From an uncultured bacterium (GTDB taxonomy: Bacteria; UBA8481): a stretch of DNA of 64,000 bases. The translations under genes were made by a program, and so were the position numbers. Below, piece after piece: positions 46,180 through 55,192 of the stretch (position 1 is the stretch's first letter; the number at the start of each line of letters is the position of its first letter). Location of the stretch: positions 62,001 through 126,000 of the forward strand of contig CAZCME010000002.1 of the NCBI GenBank assembly GCA_964499705.1, read 5' to 3'. The notes beneath the pieces were generated by a model. That model did not search any database. It was given only the letters and a program-made list of their open reading frames with translations, and was not told the origin of the DNA.

Positions 46180-47171
46180 TACCTTAGCTTCTGTCGTATC
46201 CAGGCCCACAGTTCCGCGTAGGTATCTTCTCCGCGAAAGAGCGCGGCGCGTCCGGCGACTCCGTCGGCCACGGGGGGATTGTCGACGATCGAGCGCCATC
46301 CTTCCACGTCGGAGGGCGCGACGTAGGCCGCGCACTCGCCGGCGATTTCGCGGTGCGATGGAATGTCGGACAGGGCGACGGCTGTGCCGCAGGCCATGGC
46401 TTCGAGGGGCGGGAGGCCGAATCCTTCCTGGTGAGCGGGATGAATGAGGAACCGCGCGTGGCGGTACAGGACGGCGAGATCGGCATCGTCCAGCTTCCGG
46501 ATGCGCATCAGCGGCTTCGGCAGATCGTGACGTTCCGTGCCGACGACGGCGACGGGCGGCATGTCTCTCTCCCTGAAAGCTTCCACCAGCGTGGAGAGAT
46601 TCTTGTGCGGCCGGTCGTCGACGACGACAAGAATATAATCGCGCCACTTCAGGCCGTTGCGCTCAAGGACTCTCGCGTCTTGAGCCTGGGTCTCCGGCCG
46701 GAATACCTTGCTGACCGCGTTCCGCACCATGATGATCCTGTCCGCGCTGACGTTCCAGTTGCGGATCAGGTCGTCGCGGGAAGCCGTGGAGACCGTCGCG
46801 ACGCGCTGCGCCCGCTTCAGGTTCATCTTGAGGCGGAGACTGAAACTGAGCTTCCGGTGGAGGATGGTCGCGGGGATCGTGTCATGCACGGTGGAGACAG
46901 CTTCGATTTCGAGGCCGGGAGGGATCTTGAAATAGGGCGAGAGCCAGAGCCCGATCTTTTCGGCGGCGATGATCCGGTTAAGCGCTTTCGGTCCATGGAG
47001 CGGACCGGGCCAGGCGATCGCATGATGGGCATTCTTGTGATAGCTGCCGATGCCCACCACCTGGACATCCGGAGCGAGCGCTTCGCGGACGTCCAGGAAA
47101 TTACCGATCCAGCGACCGATGCCGGTGCCGGGCCGCTGGAGCTCCCTCATGTCCATGCCTAGGCGGAGCAT
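46179..47171 (-). CDS. GT4-family glycosyltransferase
   Basis: TGIGR, TVHD.IP, HKN, EGFGLPPLEAMACG. Confidence 0.9.
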   Translation of the reverse strand: MLRLGMDMRELQRPGTGIGRWIGNFLDVREALAPDVQVVGIGSYHKNAHHAIAWPGPLHGPKALNRIIAAEKIGLWLSPYFKIPPGLEIEAVSTVHDTIPATILHRKLSFSLRLKMNLKRAQRVATVSTASRDDLIRNWNVSADRIIMVRNAVSKVFRPETQAQDARVLERNGLKWRDYILVVVDDRPHKNLSTLVEAFRERDMPPVAVVGTERHDLPKPLMRIRKLDDADLAVLYRHARFLIHPAHQEGFGLPPLEAMACGTAVALSDIPSHREIAGECAAYVAPSDVEGWRSIVDNPPVADGVAGRAALFRGEDTYAELWAWIRQKLR

Positions 47172-47177
47172 GCGGGA

Positions 47178-48878
47178 TCAGGCCATCCCGCCGGAGCGGA
47201 TCACCGCGATCATGTGCCCCAGGTTTTCGATCGGCGTCTCGCTTGTTTCGCCTGTGGCCCGGACGCGCACCTCCGCGATGCCTTCGGCGATCTTGCGGCC
47301 GAGCGTCACCCTCAGCGGCATGCCCATGAGATCGGCGTCCTTGAATTTCACTCCGGCGCGAAGGTCGCGATCGTCCACGAGCGCTTCGATTCCGGAAGCC
47401 GCGAGGATGCGTTCGACCTCGCCCAGCTTGTCGCGGCCCTGCTCGTTGGCCAGAACGACCGCGCATTGAAAAGGCGCGACCGATATCGGCCAGATGATGC
47501 CGTCCTTGTCGAGATTCTGCTCCACGATGGTCGCCATAAGACGTCCTGAACCGATGCCGTAACACCCCATCACGAACGGGTGCTCCTGGTGGTTGGCGTC
47601 CTGGAACGTGGCGTTCATGGAGGCGGAGTAGCGCGTGCCGAGCTTGAAGATGTTGCCGACCTCGATGCCCCGTTTCGCCGTGAGAGGCGCGCCGCATTGC
47701 GGACAGGCCGCGCCTTCCTCCGCGGAGGCGATCTCAGCGACGGCATCGGGCTGAAAGTCCCGGCCCATGTTGACATTCTGGAAGTGAAATCCCTCGCGGT
47801 TGGCGCCCGAGACGAGATTCCTCGCGCCCGTGAGAGAGGTATCGGCGATGACGAACGCGTTCTTCACGCCGATCGGCGAAGCGTAACCCGCGACGGCGCC
47901 GCAGGAGGCAATTTCTTCCGGGTGAGCGGGCCTCACTTCGGACTCTCCGGTGGCGCGAAGAAGAAAGCTCTCGTTGATCTCATAGTCTCCGCGCAGGACG
48001 GCGAAGATGAGGCCGCGCTTTTCGCCGTGGAAGAAGACAGCTTTGGCCGTCTGCGATTTCTTCATGCCGAGAAATCCAGCGACCTCCTCGATGGTCCTGC
48101 AACCGGGCGTCGCGACCTCCTCAACGGGCTTCATCGGATCGAGCGATGAATCATCCCGGCGAAACCGCGCGACCTGCCGGTTGGCGGAATATCCGCACGC
48201 CGCGCAACTGATGATGGTGTCCTCGCCGATTTCCGAGTGCGCGATGAATTCATGCGCCGTCTTTCCTCCCATCATGCCCGGATCCGATTCGACGATGACA
48301 TACTTCAGGCCGCATCGCGTAAAGATCCGTTCGTAGGCCTCGTACAATCTCGGGTACCACTCATCGAGGCTGGCCTCGTCAGCATGGAATGAATACGCAT
48401 CTTTCATCGTGAACTCGCGCGTCCGGATCAGGCCGCCCCGGGGCCGGGGCTCGTCGCGGAATTTCGTCTGGAGCTGATAGAGAAGAACAGGAAGCTGGCG
48501 GTACGATTTCACATCGTGCCGGACGAGGTCGACGATCGCTTCCTCGTGCGTCATGGCCAGGCACATGTCGCGATTCATCCTGTCCTTGAACCGCAGCATC
48601 TCCGCGCCGACCTGGTCCCATCGTCCCGATTCGCGCCAGAGTTCCGCGGGCTGCGTGACCGGGAGGAGCACTTCCTGGCCGCCGACCCGGTTCATCTCCT
48701 CCCGCAGGATGGCCTCGATCTTCTGGATGACCCGGAGGCCCATCGGCAGGAGCGAATGGATGCCGGCTCCGAGGGAACGCATGAAGCCGGCGCGGAGAAG
48801 CAGCCGGTGGGAGGGCGATTCCGCCTCGGCGGGATCCTCCCGGTAGGTCGGAGCCAGATAGGATGTCAATCGATGCAT
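47178..48878 (-). CDS. proS: Prolyl-tRNA synthetase (bacterial type with INS editing domain)
   Basis: SH.LLLRAGF, LW.ESGRW, THEE, KFRDEPRPRGGL.R.REF.MKDAYSF, GIEVG.IFKLG..YS, MGCYGIG. Confidence 0.98.
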   Translation of the reverse strand: MHRLTSYLAPTYREDPAEAESPSHRLLLRAGFMRSLGAGIHSLLPMGLRVIQKIEAILREEMNRVGGQEVLLPVTQPAELWRESGRWDQVGAEMLRFKDRMNRDMCLAMTHEEAIVDLVRHDVKSYRQLPVLLYQLQTKFRDEPRPRGGLIRTREFTMKDAYSFHADEASLDEWYPRLYEAYERIFTRCGLKYVIVESDPGMMGGKTAHEFIAHSEIGEDTIISCAACGYSANRQVARFRRDDSSLDPMKPVEEVATPGCRTIEEVAGFLGMKKSQTAKAVFFHGEKRGLIFAVLRGDYEINESFLLRATGESEVRPAHPEEIASCGAVAGYASPIGVKNAFVIADTSLTGARNLVSGANREGFHFQNVNMGRDFQPDAVAEIASAEEGAACPQCGAPLTAKRGIEVGNIFKLGTRYSASMNATFQDANHQEHPFVMGCYGIGSGRLMATIVEQNLDKDGIIWPISVAPFQCAVVLANEQGRDKLGEVERILAASGIEALVDDRDLRAGVKFKDADLMGMPLRVTLGRKIAEGIAEVRVRATGETSETPIENLGHMIAVIRSGGMA

Positions 48879-48981
48879 GGGACGTGACTCTTGTATCGCA
48901 TGCGCGCCGGGTTTGCAATTTGAATACGGTGCGGGATGTTGAAATTCGAAGGGGAGGAGCACGGAAGCGTCATTTTGGATA

Positions 48982-49009
48982 TTGCATTTTCGAACGGCTG
49001 TTTTACGAT
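48982..49009 (+). promoter_or_regulatory. Sigma70 promoter, leaderless
   Basis: TTGCAT-16nt-TACGAT-6nt-ATG. Confidence 0.7.
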
Positions 49010-49015
49010 GGGTTC

Positions 49016-49999
49016 ATGGGAACCTCCTGGAATCTTCGGATCACGGATCGCCGCGGCCGTGCCAAAGTTCTTCCGATGCCGGCGCTCCCCCTGGTCTTCG
49101 GACGGGACGACGGGCTGCCCGTGCCGCTGGACGATCCGCAGATTTCCCGCCGCCATTGTCAGCTCGATAGCAACGACGACAAGTCGTTCAAGGTCCAGGA
49201 CCTCAATTCCACGAACGGCACGCTCCTGAACGGCCGGAAGGTGACGCGCGGCGTCGCATCCGACGGCGATCGCATCAAGATCGGCGACACGATCCTGGAA
49301 TTCGTGAAGGTCGAGGAAGTCTCCGTCGACGAAGACACGGGCATGCGGAATCTCTCCGTCCTGAAATCGTTTTCCGGAGGTGGCGGTGGAGGAGGTTCCG
49401 TCGGCGCCGGCGCGGCTTCTCCGGAACAGAAGGGCGGACTGCAGTTCAAGGCGGACAAGAACGCGGCCGTTCTCTCGCGCATCGGTAATCCCGGCGGCGG
49501 CGGCGCCAGCAACAATCGCCTCACGCTGATCGCCGAGATCGGGCACATTCTCACCGAACTGACGGATCGCGATGAAGTCCTGAAGATGATTCTCTCCGGC
49601 CTCATAGAGGTCTACCCGATCGAGCGTGTCGCGGTCCTTGTGAAGAATGAGGAGCGCGAATCGCTGGAGCCGTGCGTGTCGAAGAGCAAGGAAGGAATCA
49701 CGACCGGCATCATCGTATCGCGGACGATCTGCCAGCACATCCTGAAGACGGGGGAGGCCATCATCACGGAGAGCGCGATCGCCGATCCGCGATTTTCCTC
49801 GGGCGATTCGATCATCGAACATCGCGTCGGATCCGTCATTGCCGCTCCCGTGAAGGCGCGCGGCCAGTTGCTGGGAGTGCTGTACGCGTCCACGACGGAG
49901 AAGGCCGCGCACTTCAGCGACGCCGATCTCTCCTTCCTCGCCCTCATCGGCAATCTCGTGGCGCTCGCCATCCTGCTCGACAGGAAACCGGCCGCCTGA
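49016..49999 (+). CDS. FHA + GAF domain protein
   Basis: FHA: GR......D..ISRRH, DLNSTNGT.LNG; Gly linker; GAF: D.RF...SI....SVIAAP.....LGVLY...F...DL.FL. Confidence 0.88.
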   Translation: MGTSWNLRITDRRGRAKVLPMPALPLVFGRDDGLPVPLDDPQISRRHCQLDSNDDKSFKVQDLNSTNGTLLNGRKVTRGVASDGDRIKIGDTILEFVKVEEVSVDEDTGMRNLSVLKSFSGGGGGGGSVGAGAASPEQKGGLQFKADKNAAVLSRIGNPGGGGASNNRLTLIAEIGHILTELTDRDEVLKMILSGLIEVYPIERVAVLVKNEERESLEPCVSKSKEGITTGIIVSRTICQHILKTGEAIITESAIADPRFSSGDSIIEHRVGSVIAAPVKARGQLLGVLYASTTEKAAHFSDADLSFLALIGNLVALAILLDRKPAA

Positions 50000-51012
50000 T
50001 GTCAGACCGGTTCGAGCCCGGTTCCGTCATATCGCAATCCTTCGATATCCGCATCGTGGAGAAGATCGCCGAGGGCGGCATGGGCGAAGTGTACGACGCG
50101 GTTCTTCTGGGAGCGAGCGGGTTCGAGAAGCGCATCGCGTTGAAGATCATCCGCTCGGAGATCACGGGAGTTCCCTCCACGGAGACCCAGGCAGGAAGAC
50201 GCCGTGACTTTCTCGACCGTTTCATCAACGAAGCCAAGCTCGTCTCCAATCTCATCCATACGCACATCGCCCAGATGTACCTGCTCGGCATGATCGGCGA
50301 ACCAGGCCGGGAAATCGGTTACATCGCGATGGAACTGGTGAACGGCATCAATCTCCGTTCGTTCATCGACAAGCATCTCTTCGAGGAGAAGCATGTGCCC
50401 GTCGATATCGCGGTGTACATCGCCTCGCGCGTCGCCCGCGCGCTCGAATACGCGCACAACGCGACCGGCCGGGGCGGAGACCTCCTCGGGATCGTTCACC
50501 GCGACGTCTCCCCGACGAACATCATGGTCTCCATCGAGGGAGTCGTTAAACTCTCCGACTTCGGCATCGCCAAGGTCGTGACCGACGAATCGCACGGCCG
50601 CGACTATGTGGCGGGGAAGAGGAGATACATGGCGCCGGAACAGACGCAGACGGGGAACGTCGATTTCCGCGCGGACATCTATTCGCTCGGCCTCGTCCTC
50701 TTCGAACTCCTCACGAACCGGATGCCGGATCCCGATCTCCCGTTCGTCAGCTGCTCGAGCTTCCGCGGTGGTGTGCCGGCGGAGATCGAGCGGATCCTGC
50801 ATCGCTCGACGAACCGTCATCCAAGGGAGCGATACGGGACGACGAGCGAGCTGGCGGTGGACCTGGAGAAGGCCATCTACGACAAGGGTTACGGGCCGAC
50901 GTTCGTGACCATGTCCAACTACCTGAAGGATCTCTTTCCCGCCCTGGCCGTCGAGATGCCTCAGGTCGGCGCCGAGGAAGCGACGATCATCTTCGACAAG
51001 ACTCAACAGTAG
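49999..51012 (+). CDS. Soluble Hanks-type Ser/Thr protein kinase
   Basis: IAEGGMGEVY, ALK, HRDVSP.N, KLSDFGIAK, GK.RYMAPEQ, DIYSLG. Confidence 0.95.
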   Translation: MSDRFEPGSVISQSFDIRIVEKIAEGGMGEVYDAVLLGASGFEKRIALKIIRSEITGVPSTETQAGRRRDFLDRFINEAKLVSNLIHTHIAQMYLLGMIGEPGREIGYIAMELVNGINLRSFIDKHLFEEKHVPVDIAVYIASRVARALEYAHNATGRGGDLLGIVHRDVSPTNIMVSIEGVVKLSDFGIAKVVTDESHGRDYVAGKRRYMAPEQTQTGNVDFRADIYSLGLVLFELLTNRMPDPDLPFVSCSSFRGGVPAEIERILHRSTNRHPRERYGTTSELAVDLEKAIYDKGYGPTFVTMSNYLKDLFPALAVEMPQVGAEEATIIFDKTQQ

Positions 51013-51044
51013 CGAACTCGTCTTACCGAATCTCGCGCCTGAAC

Positions 51045-51371
51045 ATGCCCTTTCTTCTCTTCACCGAGGATTTCAACCGGAGCGCGCTGTATGAGGCGCT
51101 GGGCTCGATCGTAACGACTGCGGACTGGCGCGGAGCCATCGGTTACCTGCGATGTCACGACGATGTCGCGATCTTCTGCGAGCTGTCATCCGCGCGCGCG
51201 ATCGATGTTCTGCGGGCGGTCATGCGCGATGAGGAGCTGAAGAAGGTGCGCGTCATCGGGATCGACATGGATCCGGAGACAACCGCGACCGCGCGCGTGA
51301 TGGGGCTCCAGGAGATTGTCCCTGAGGGACGAATCGATGCGATACGCGATATGATTGCGGCGCCCCTGTGA
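51045..51371 (+). CDS. Hypothetical protein (degenerate receiver-like alpha/beta fold?)
   Basis: 108-aa ORF with GTGA overlap to the next gene. Confidence 0.55.
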   Translation: MPFLLFTEDFNRSALYEALGSIVTTADWRGAIGYLRCHDDVAIFCELSSARAIDVLRAVMRDEELKKVRVIGIDMDPETTATARVMGLQEIVPEGRIDAIRDMIAAPL

Positions 51372-51832
51372 AAACCATTCGCCCGAAGCCGCGTCTTCTC
51401 TTCGTCTGCCTCGGTAACATCTGCCGGTCGCCTCTGGCGGAAGCTGTCATGCGTTCGAAATACGGCAAGCTCTGCGGCGAGATCGATTCCGCGGGGACCA
51501 ACGGGTATCATGATGGCGAAAGCGCCGATCCCCGGATGTCGAAAACAGCTACCGCTCACGGCGTCGATCTTTCCCGGCATGTCAGCAGGCGTGTAACCCG
51601 CGCCGACTTCCGCGATTACGACTTTCTGCTCGCCATGGATGAATCCATCCTGAGGGACATGCGCGGGTTTCGGCGCGAGGGCGACGGAGACGCGGCGACG
51701 GAGATGTTCATACCCGGAGAAAAGGTTCCCGATCCGTATTACGGAGGCGAGGACGGTTTCGAGCGCGTCTACGAGATTGTGGAGGAAGGGTGCGATCAGC
51801 TGGCGCGGAGGCTGGGGATTGTTTCCGGCTGA
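51368..51832 (+). CDS. Low-molecular-weight protein tyrosine phosphatase
   Basis: FVCLGNICRSPLAE, DSAGT, DPYYG. Confidence 0.95.
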   Translation: MKTIRPKPRLLFVCLGNICRSPLAEAVMRSKYGKLCGEIDSAGTNGYHDGESADPRMSKTATAHGVDLSRHVSRRVTRADFRDYDFLLAMDESILRDMRGFRREGDGDAATEMFIPGEKVPDPYYGGEDGFERVYEIVEEGCDQLARRLGIVSG

Positions 51833-52649
51833 AGAAATACTGGGGGAACGGATCGTCAAGATTCGCGCTCTATCGGGCGGCAGCATTCACGAAACGTCCC
51901 GCATCGAGACGGAATCGGGTCGTACGTATGTTCTGAAGGAATCGGCCCCGGGCGAGTATTTCGAAGCGGAAGCGGATGGGTTGGGCGAACTCGGCAAAGC
52001 CGGAGCGATCCGCGTTCCGGAAGTGCGCACCGTGTCGAAGGAATTTCTCATCATGGAATGGATCGAGCCTGCCGCGAAAGGGCCGGGGTTTTTCGCGGGA
52101 TTCGGCCGCGCGCTCGCTCGAATGCATCGTGTGACCGGAACTCGATTCGGCCACGCCCGGAACAATTTCATCGGCTCGCTTCCCCAGGACAACGCCTGGT
52201 CGGAATCGCTGTCGGAATTCTTCGCGGAGCGAAGATTTCGCGCGCTGGTGGCGATCGGTCGGGACCGCCGGATGCTCGATCGCGCCCTGTGCATTGCCGT
52301 CGAGAACGTCTGCCGGAAACTGTCTGAACTGTTGGCGCCGATCGAGGAACCTCCCGCGCTCCTGCATGGAGATCTCTGGGGAGGCAATTATCTCTCCTCG
52401 TTCGACGGCCCGGTGCTCATCGATCCCGCGGTGTATTATGGGCCACGTGAGGCCGATATCGCGATGACCCGCCTCTTCGGTGGATTCGACGGGAGTTTCT
52501 ACACCGCCTACGAGGAGGAATATCCGCTGGCTCCGGGTTGGCGGGACCGAGTCGATCTCTTCAACCTGTATCACCTGTTGACGCACGCGATCATGTTCGG
52601 GGGCGGATACGCGGGACAGGCGCTGGCGGCTGCAAAAAAATACGGCTAA
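51819..52649 (+). CDS. Fructosamine/ribulosamine kinase family protein
   Basis: GGSI, F.AEA.GL, P.LLHGDLWGGN, IDPAVYYG.RE.D.AM..LFGGF; TTG start with GGAGG SD. Confidence 0.93.
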   Translation: MFPAEEILGERIVKIRALSGGSIHETSRIETESGRTYVLKESAPGEYFEAEADGLGELGKAGAIRVPEVRTVSKEFLIMEWIEPAAKGPGFFAGFGRALARMHRVTGTRFGHARNNFIGSLPQDNAWSESLSEFFAERRFRALVAIGRDRRMLDRALCIAVENVCRKLSELLAPIEEPPALLHGDLWGGNYLSSFDGPVLIDPAVYYGPREADIAMTRLFGGFDGSFYTAYEEEYPLAPGWRDRVDLFNLYHLLTHAIMFGGGYAGQALAAAKKYG

Positions 52650-53758
52650 TTCTTCAGAACCCGCTCCAGATAAGTGTCATAGATCTTCCCCAGCATTCCC
52701 AGCGAGGCGATTTCCACCCACTCGTGGACGGAATGTACGCCGCCGACGTTCGGCCGGGACATAATGACGGGGATGCCGTGCTCGGTGACATAACGGGCGT
52801 CGCTGCCTCCGTGAGCGCGGATCAGTCGCACGGATCCGCCGGTCACTTCCTCCGTGATGCGGATGAAGAGCGGATCCGGCTGCAGCGTGGTGGGAGGCGC
52901 GCCGTAGAGGTGCTCGATGCTTCCCCTGGCGGAGAGTGATCCGTGAACAAGCGCCAGCAATTCGCTTTCCTTCTCCTGGTGCGTGTAGCGGATATCCAGC
53001 GTGGCGCTGGCGTGGGCGGGAATGCAGTTGTTGGCGGGATGGGGCGTGCTGATGTTCGTGACGGCGCAGGTCGGATGCCAGTGATCCTCGCCGGTGAATC
53101 CGGCAAACCGGTCCCGCAGCAGCGCCAGCGACGAACAGATCTCGTCGAGCGCGTTCCGGACGAGCCAGGGGCGAGCCCCGTGGCCCGCTTCACCTTCCTC
53201 CGTGATGCGGATGTGGAGGATTCCTTTCTCGGCCGTGGCGATTTCGAGGAGCGAACCGGAGTCGGGAAGGATGACCGTTCCCGCGCGTAATCCCTTTTTG
53301 CGGAAGAGAAATCCGATCCCGTTCGCGCCTCCCGTCTCCTCGTCGGACGTGATCGCGATGCCCACGGAAGAACCGGGACGCCTTTTCTGCGCGTTCAGAA
53401 AGACCTCCATCATCAGGGCGACCGCTCCCTTCATGTCGGCGGCGCCGGGGCCGACGATCCGCCCGTCCTCCATGCGAGCGCGATAGTCGGATGTCTCCGC
53501 GATCTTCACGACATCGATGTGACCGGTGAAGAGAATGTCCGGTCGCGTGACACCGCGCGGCATGGCGACGAGCGAAGGATTTCCTCCGGAGGAGTAGCGG
53601 TCGACCCGGACTCCGTCGACCTCCAGCGTGTCCGCGATGAAGTCGATGCAGCGCTCGATATCGTCGGGCCGGTCGGTCGCGCTGGGGATGAGAATCAGCT
53701 CGCGCACCAGCTCCGCGACGTCATGAAGCCGCTCCGGCGGCATGGAACGGCTAGTCAC
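52646..53758 (-). CDS. M20-family (ArgE/DapE-like) metallo-amidohydrolase
   Basis: GHIDVV, G.GAADMKG, DEE.GG, GH...PW...NA, GGSDARY, HS..EWV. Confidence 0.9.
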   Translation of the reverse strand: MTSRSMPPERLHDVAELVRELILIPSATDRPDDIERCIDFIADTLEVDGVRVDRYSSGGNPSLVAMPRGVTRPDILFTGHIDVVKIAETSDYRARMEDGRIVGPGAADMKGAVALMMEVFLNAQKRRPGSSVGIAITSDEETGGANGIGFLFRKKGLRAGTVILPDSGSLLEIATAEKGILHIRITEEGEAGHGARPWLVRNALDEICSSLALLRDRFAGFTGEDHWHPTCAVTNISTPHPANNCIPAHASATLDIRYTHQEKESELLALVHGSLSARGSIEHLYGAPPTTLQPDPLFIRITEEVTGGSVRLIRAHGGSDARYVTEHGIPVIMSRPNVGGVHSVHEWVEIASLGMLGKIYDTYLERVLKN

Positions 53759-55037
53759 GCGCGAAGCGCCTCGTTCCCAGGAGGTCGCACGTTTTCGCGA
53801 GGAGCGAATCGCATCGCGATCGCTCGGGCGCGATCACGAGGAACTGGGATTTCACCAGGGTGTCGTCCTCGAAGTTGAAGTTGAACGGCAGGATTCCCTC
53901 GTCCCGGCCGGGGAAATAAAGAATCCCGTTCCGTTCCAGCAGTCCGAGAATCCGCTCCACGGAAGGCGCATCGTCGAAGCTGACATTGCGCATGAGCCAC
54001 GAGGACTCCGGGCGAAAATGGCGCGCCAGGAGCGCGGGATAGGTGGCGCCGGTCACCCGCGCATTGACCTCGCATGCATACACATGCGGCCCATCATGGC
54101 GCATCACCGCGATGAAGTCGATGCCCGCCGTGCCGCGGTATCCGGTCGCGTGAATGAAGCGTCCGATCTCCCCGGCCTGTTCCAGGATTTCCTCCTCGAG
54201 ACCGGGATGCGCGGCGAGATACGGCGGCGGCGCAACATTGCCCTCGTGAATCGATTCGCGGCTCAGATACTGCTCCGTCAGGTCATACAGCCAGACACTG
54301 TCATCATGGACAAAGACCTGGACGCTTGGGGAGCCGATGGAGCTGACTCCGACGACCGTGTCATCCAGCCAGCCCTGCACCATGCAGGGCTTCTCGTGAA
54401 AGAGATAAGCGGGAGGTCGAGCATGAGGGCCTTTCAGCGAGTGGATCCAGAGCCCGCATCCGGAGGCTCCTATGGCCGACTTGACGACGATCCGTTCGTA
54501 ACCGAGACCGCGAAGTTCCGCGGCGGCTCCGTCGAATTCCTCCGGACTCGATATGAGGAATGTGTCCATGGTGGGCAAGCCGGCTTCCTGGAGATGAAGA
54601 TAGAGAAGAACCTTGTTGTTGGCGTCCCTGCATCCCTGCTGCGTATTGATGGTGCTCTTGCCGTGGCGCGCGGCGAGTTCTTCCAGGGACGTATCCGTGA
54701 CGAATCCGTCCACGCTCGGAGCAGGATTCTCGTGAAGAGAAACGATCGCGTCATCCGGCGAGACCATCTTCGGAAGCGAGAGGCTCAGGCGCCGGAAGTA
54801 TTCGAGCGCCTCCCCGGGCGGATTCTGTTCGAGGACGAGCACATTATCTTCGGAAGGATACAGGAGACCAAGCACGGTCGCGAGCCGCCCTCCGTAATGG
54901 GAGATGCCGCGGATTTCCCGGACGAGGATTTCCGTCTGATCGATGTTGCCGAAGAAGAGCGATCGAAGGTTGGCGAAGAACGTGATGCCGCGTCGCGGAA
55001 AACGCGGAAGCGAGCCCGTTGATGACACGATCCTCAT
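53751..55037 (-). CDS. ATP-grasp peptide ligase (PGM1-like)
   Basis: NNK, VVK...GASG.G, VQGW, SPSVQ, Q.L.....H.GN, GYRG..GIDF, CEVNAR.TGATY; TAAAAT-6nt-ATG. Confidence 0.75.
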   Translation of the reverse strand: MRIVSSTGSLPRFPRRGITFFANLRSLFFGNIDQTEILVREIRGISHYGGRLATVLGLLYPSEDNVLVLEQNPPGEALEYFRRLSLSLPKMVSPDDAIVSLHENPAPSVDGFVTDTSLEELAARHGKSTINTQQGCRDANNKVLLYLHLQEAGLPTMDTFLISSPEEFDGAAAELRGLGYERIVVKSAIGASGCGLWIHSLKGPHARPPAYLFHEKPCMVQGWLDDTVVGVSSIGSPSVQVFVHDDSVWLYDLTEQYLSRESIHEGNVAPPPYLAAHPGLEEEILEQAGEIGRFIHATGYRGTAGIDFIAVMRHDGPHVYACEVNARVTGATYPALLARHFRPESSWLMRNVSFDDAPSVERILGLLERNGILYFPGRDEGILPFNFNFEDDTLVKSQFLVIAPERSRCDSLLAKTCDLLGTRRFARD

Positions 55038-55192
55038 GCATCAATTTTATACGAGAGGAGGGGTGGAATGTGCTTGCATGTTTTTACGGAATTCATATTC
55101 TTTCTTTCAGATCGCGGCAGACAATGTTGATTCTACGTGCACCATACGCGCCGGACGATCTCGTTATTCCGCTGCGCCTTGAGGCGTAACTG

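Noticed and set aside
49378-49395. Poly-Gly coding run as a contingency repeat
   Set aside because: Mixed GGN codons forming an ordinary flexible linker
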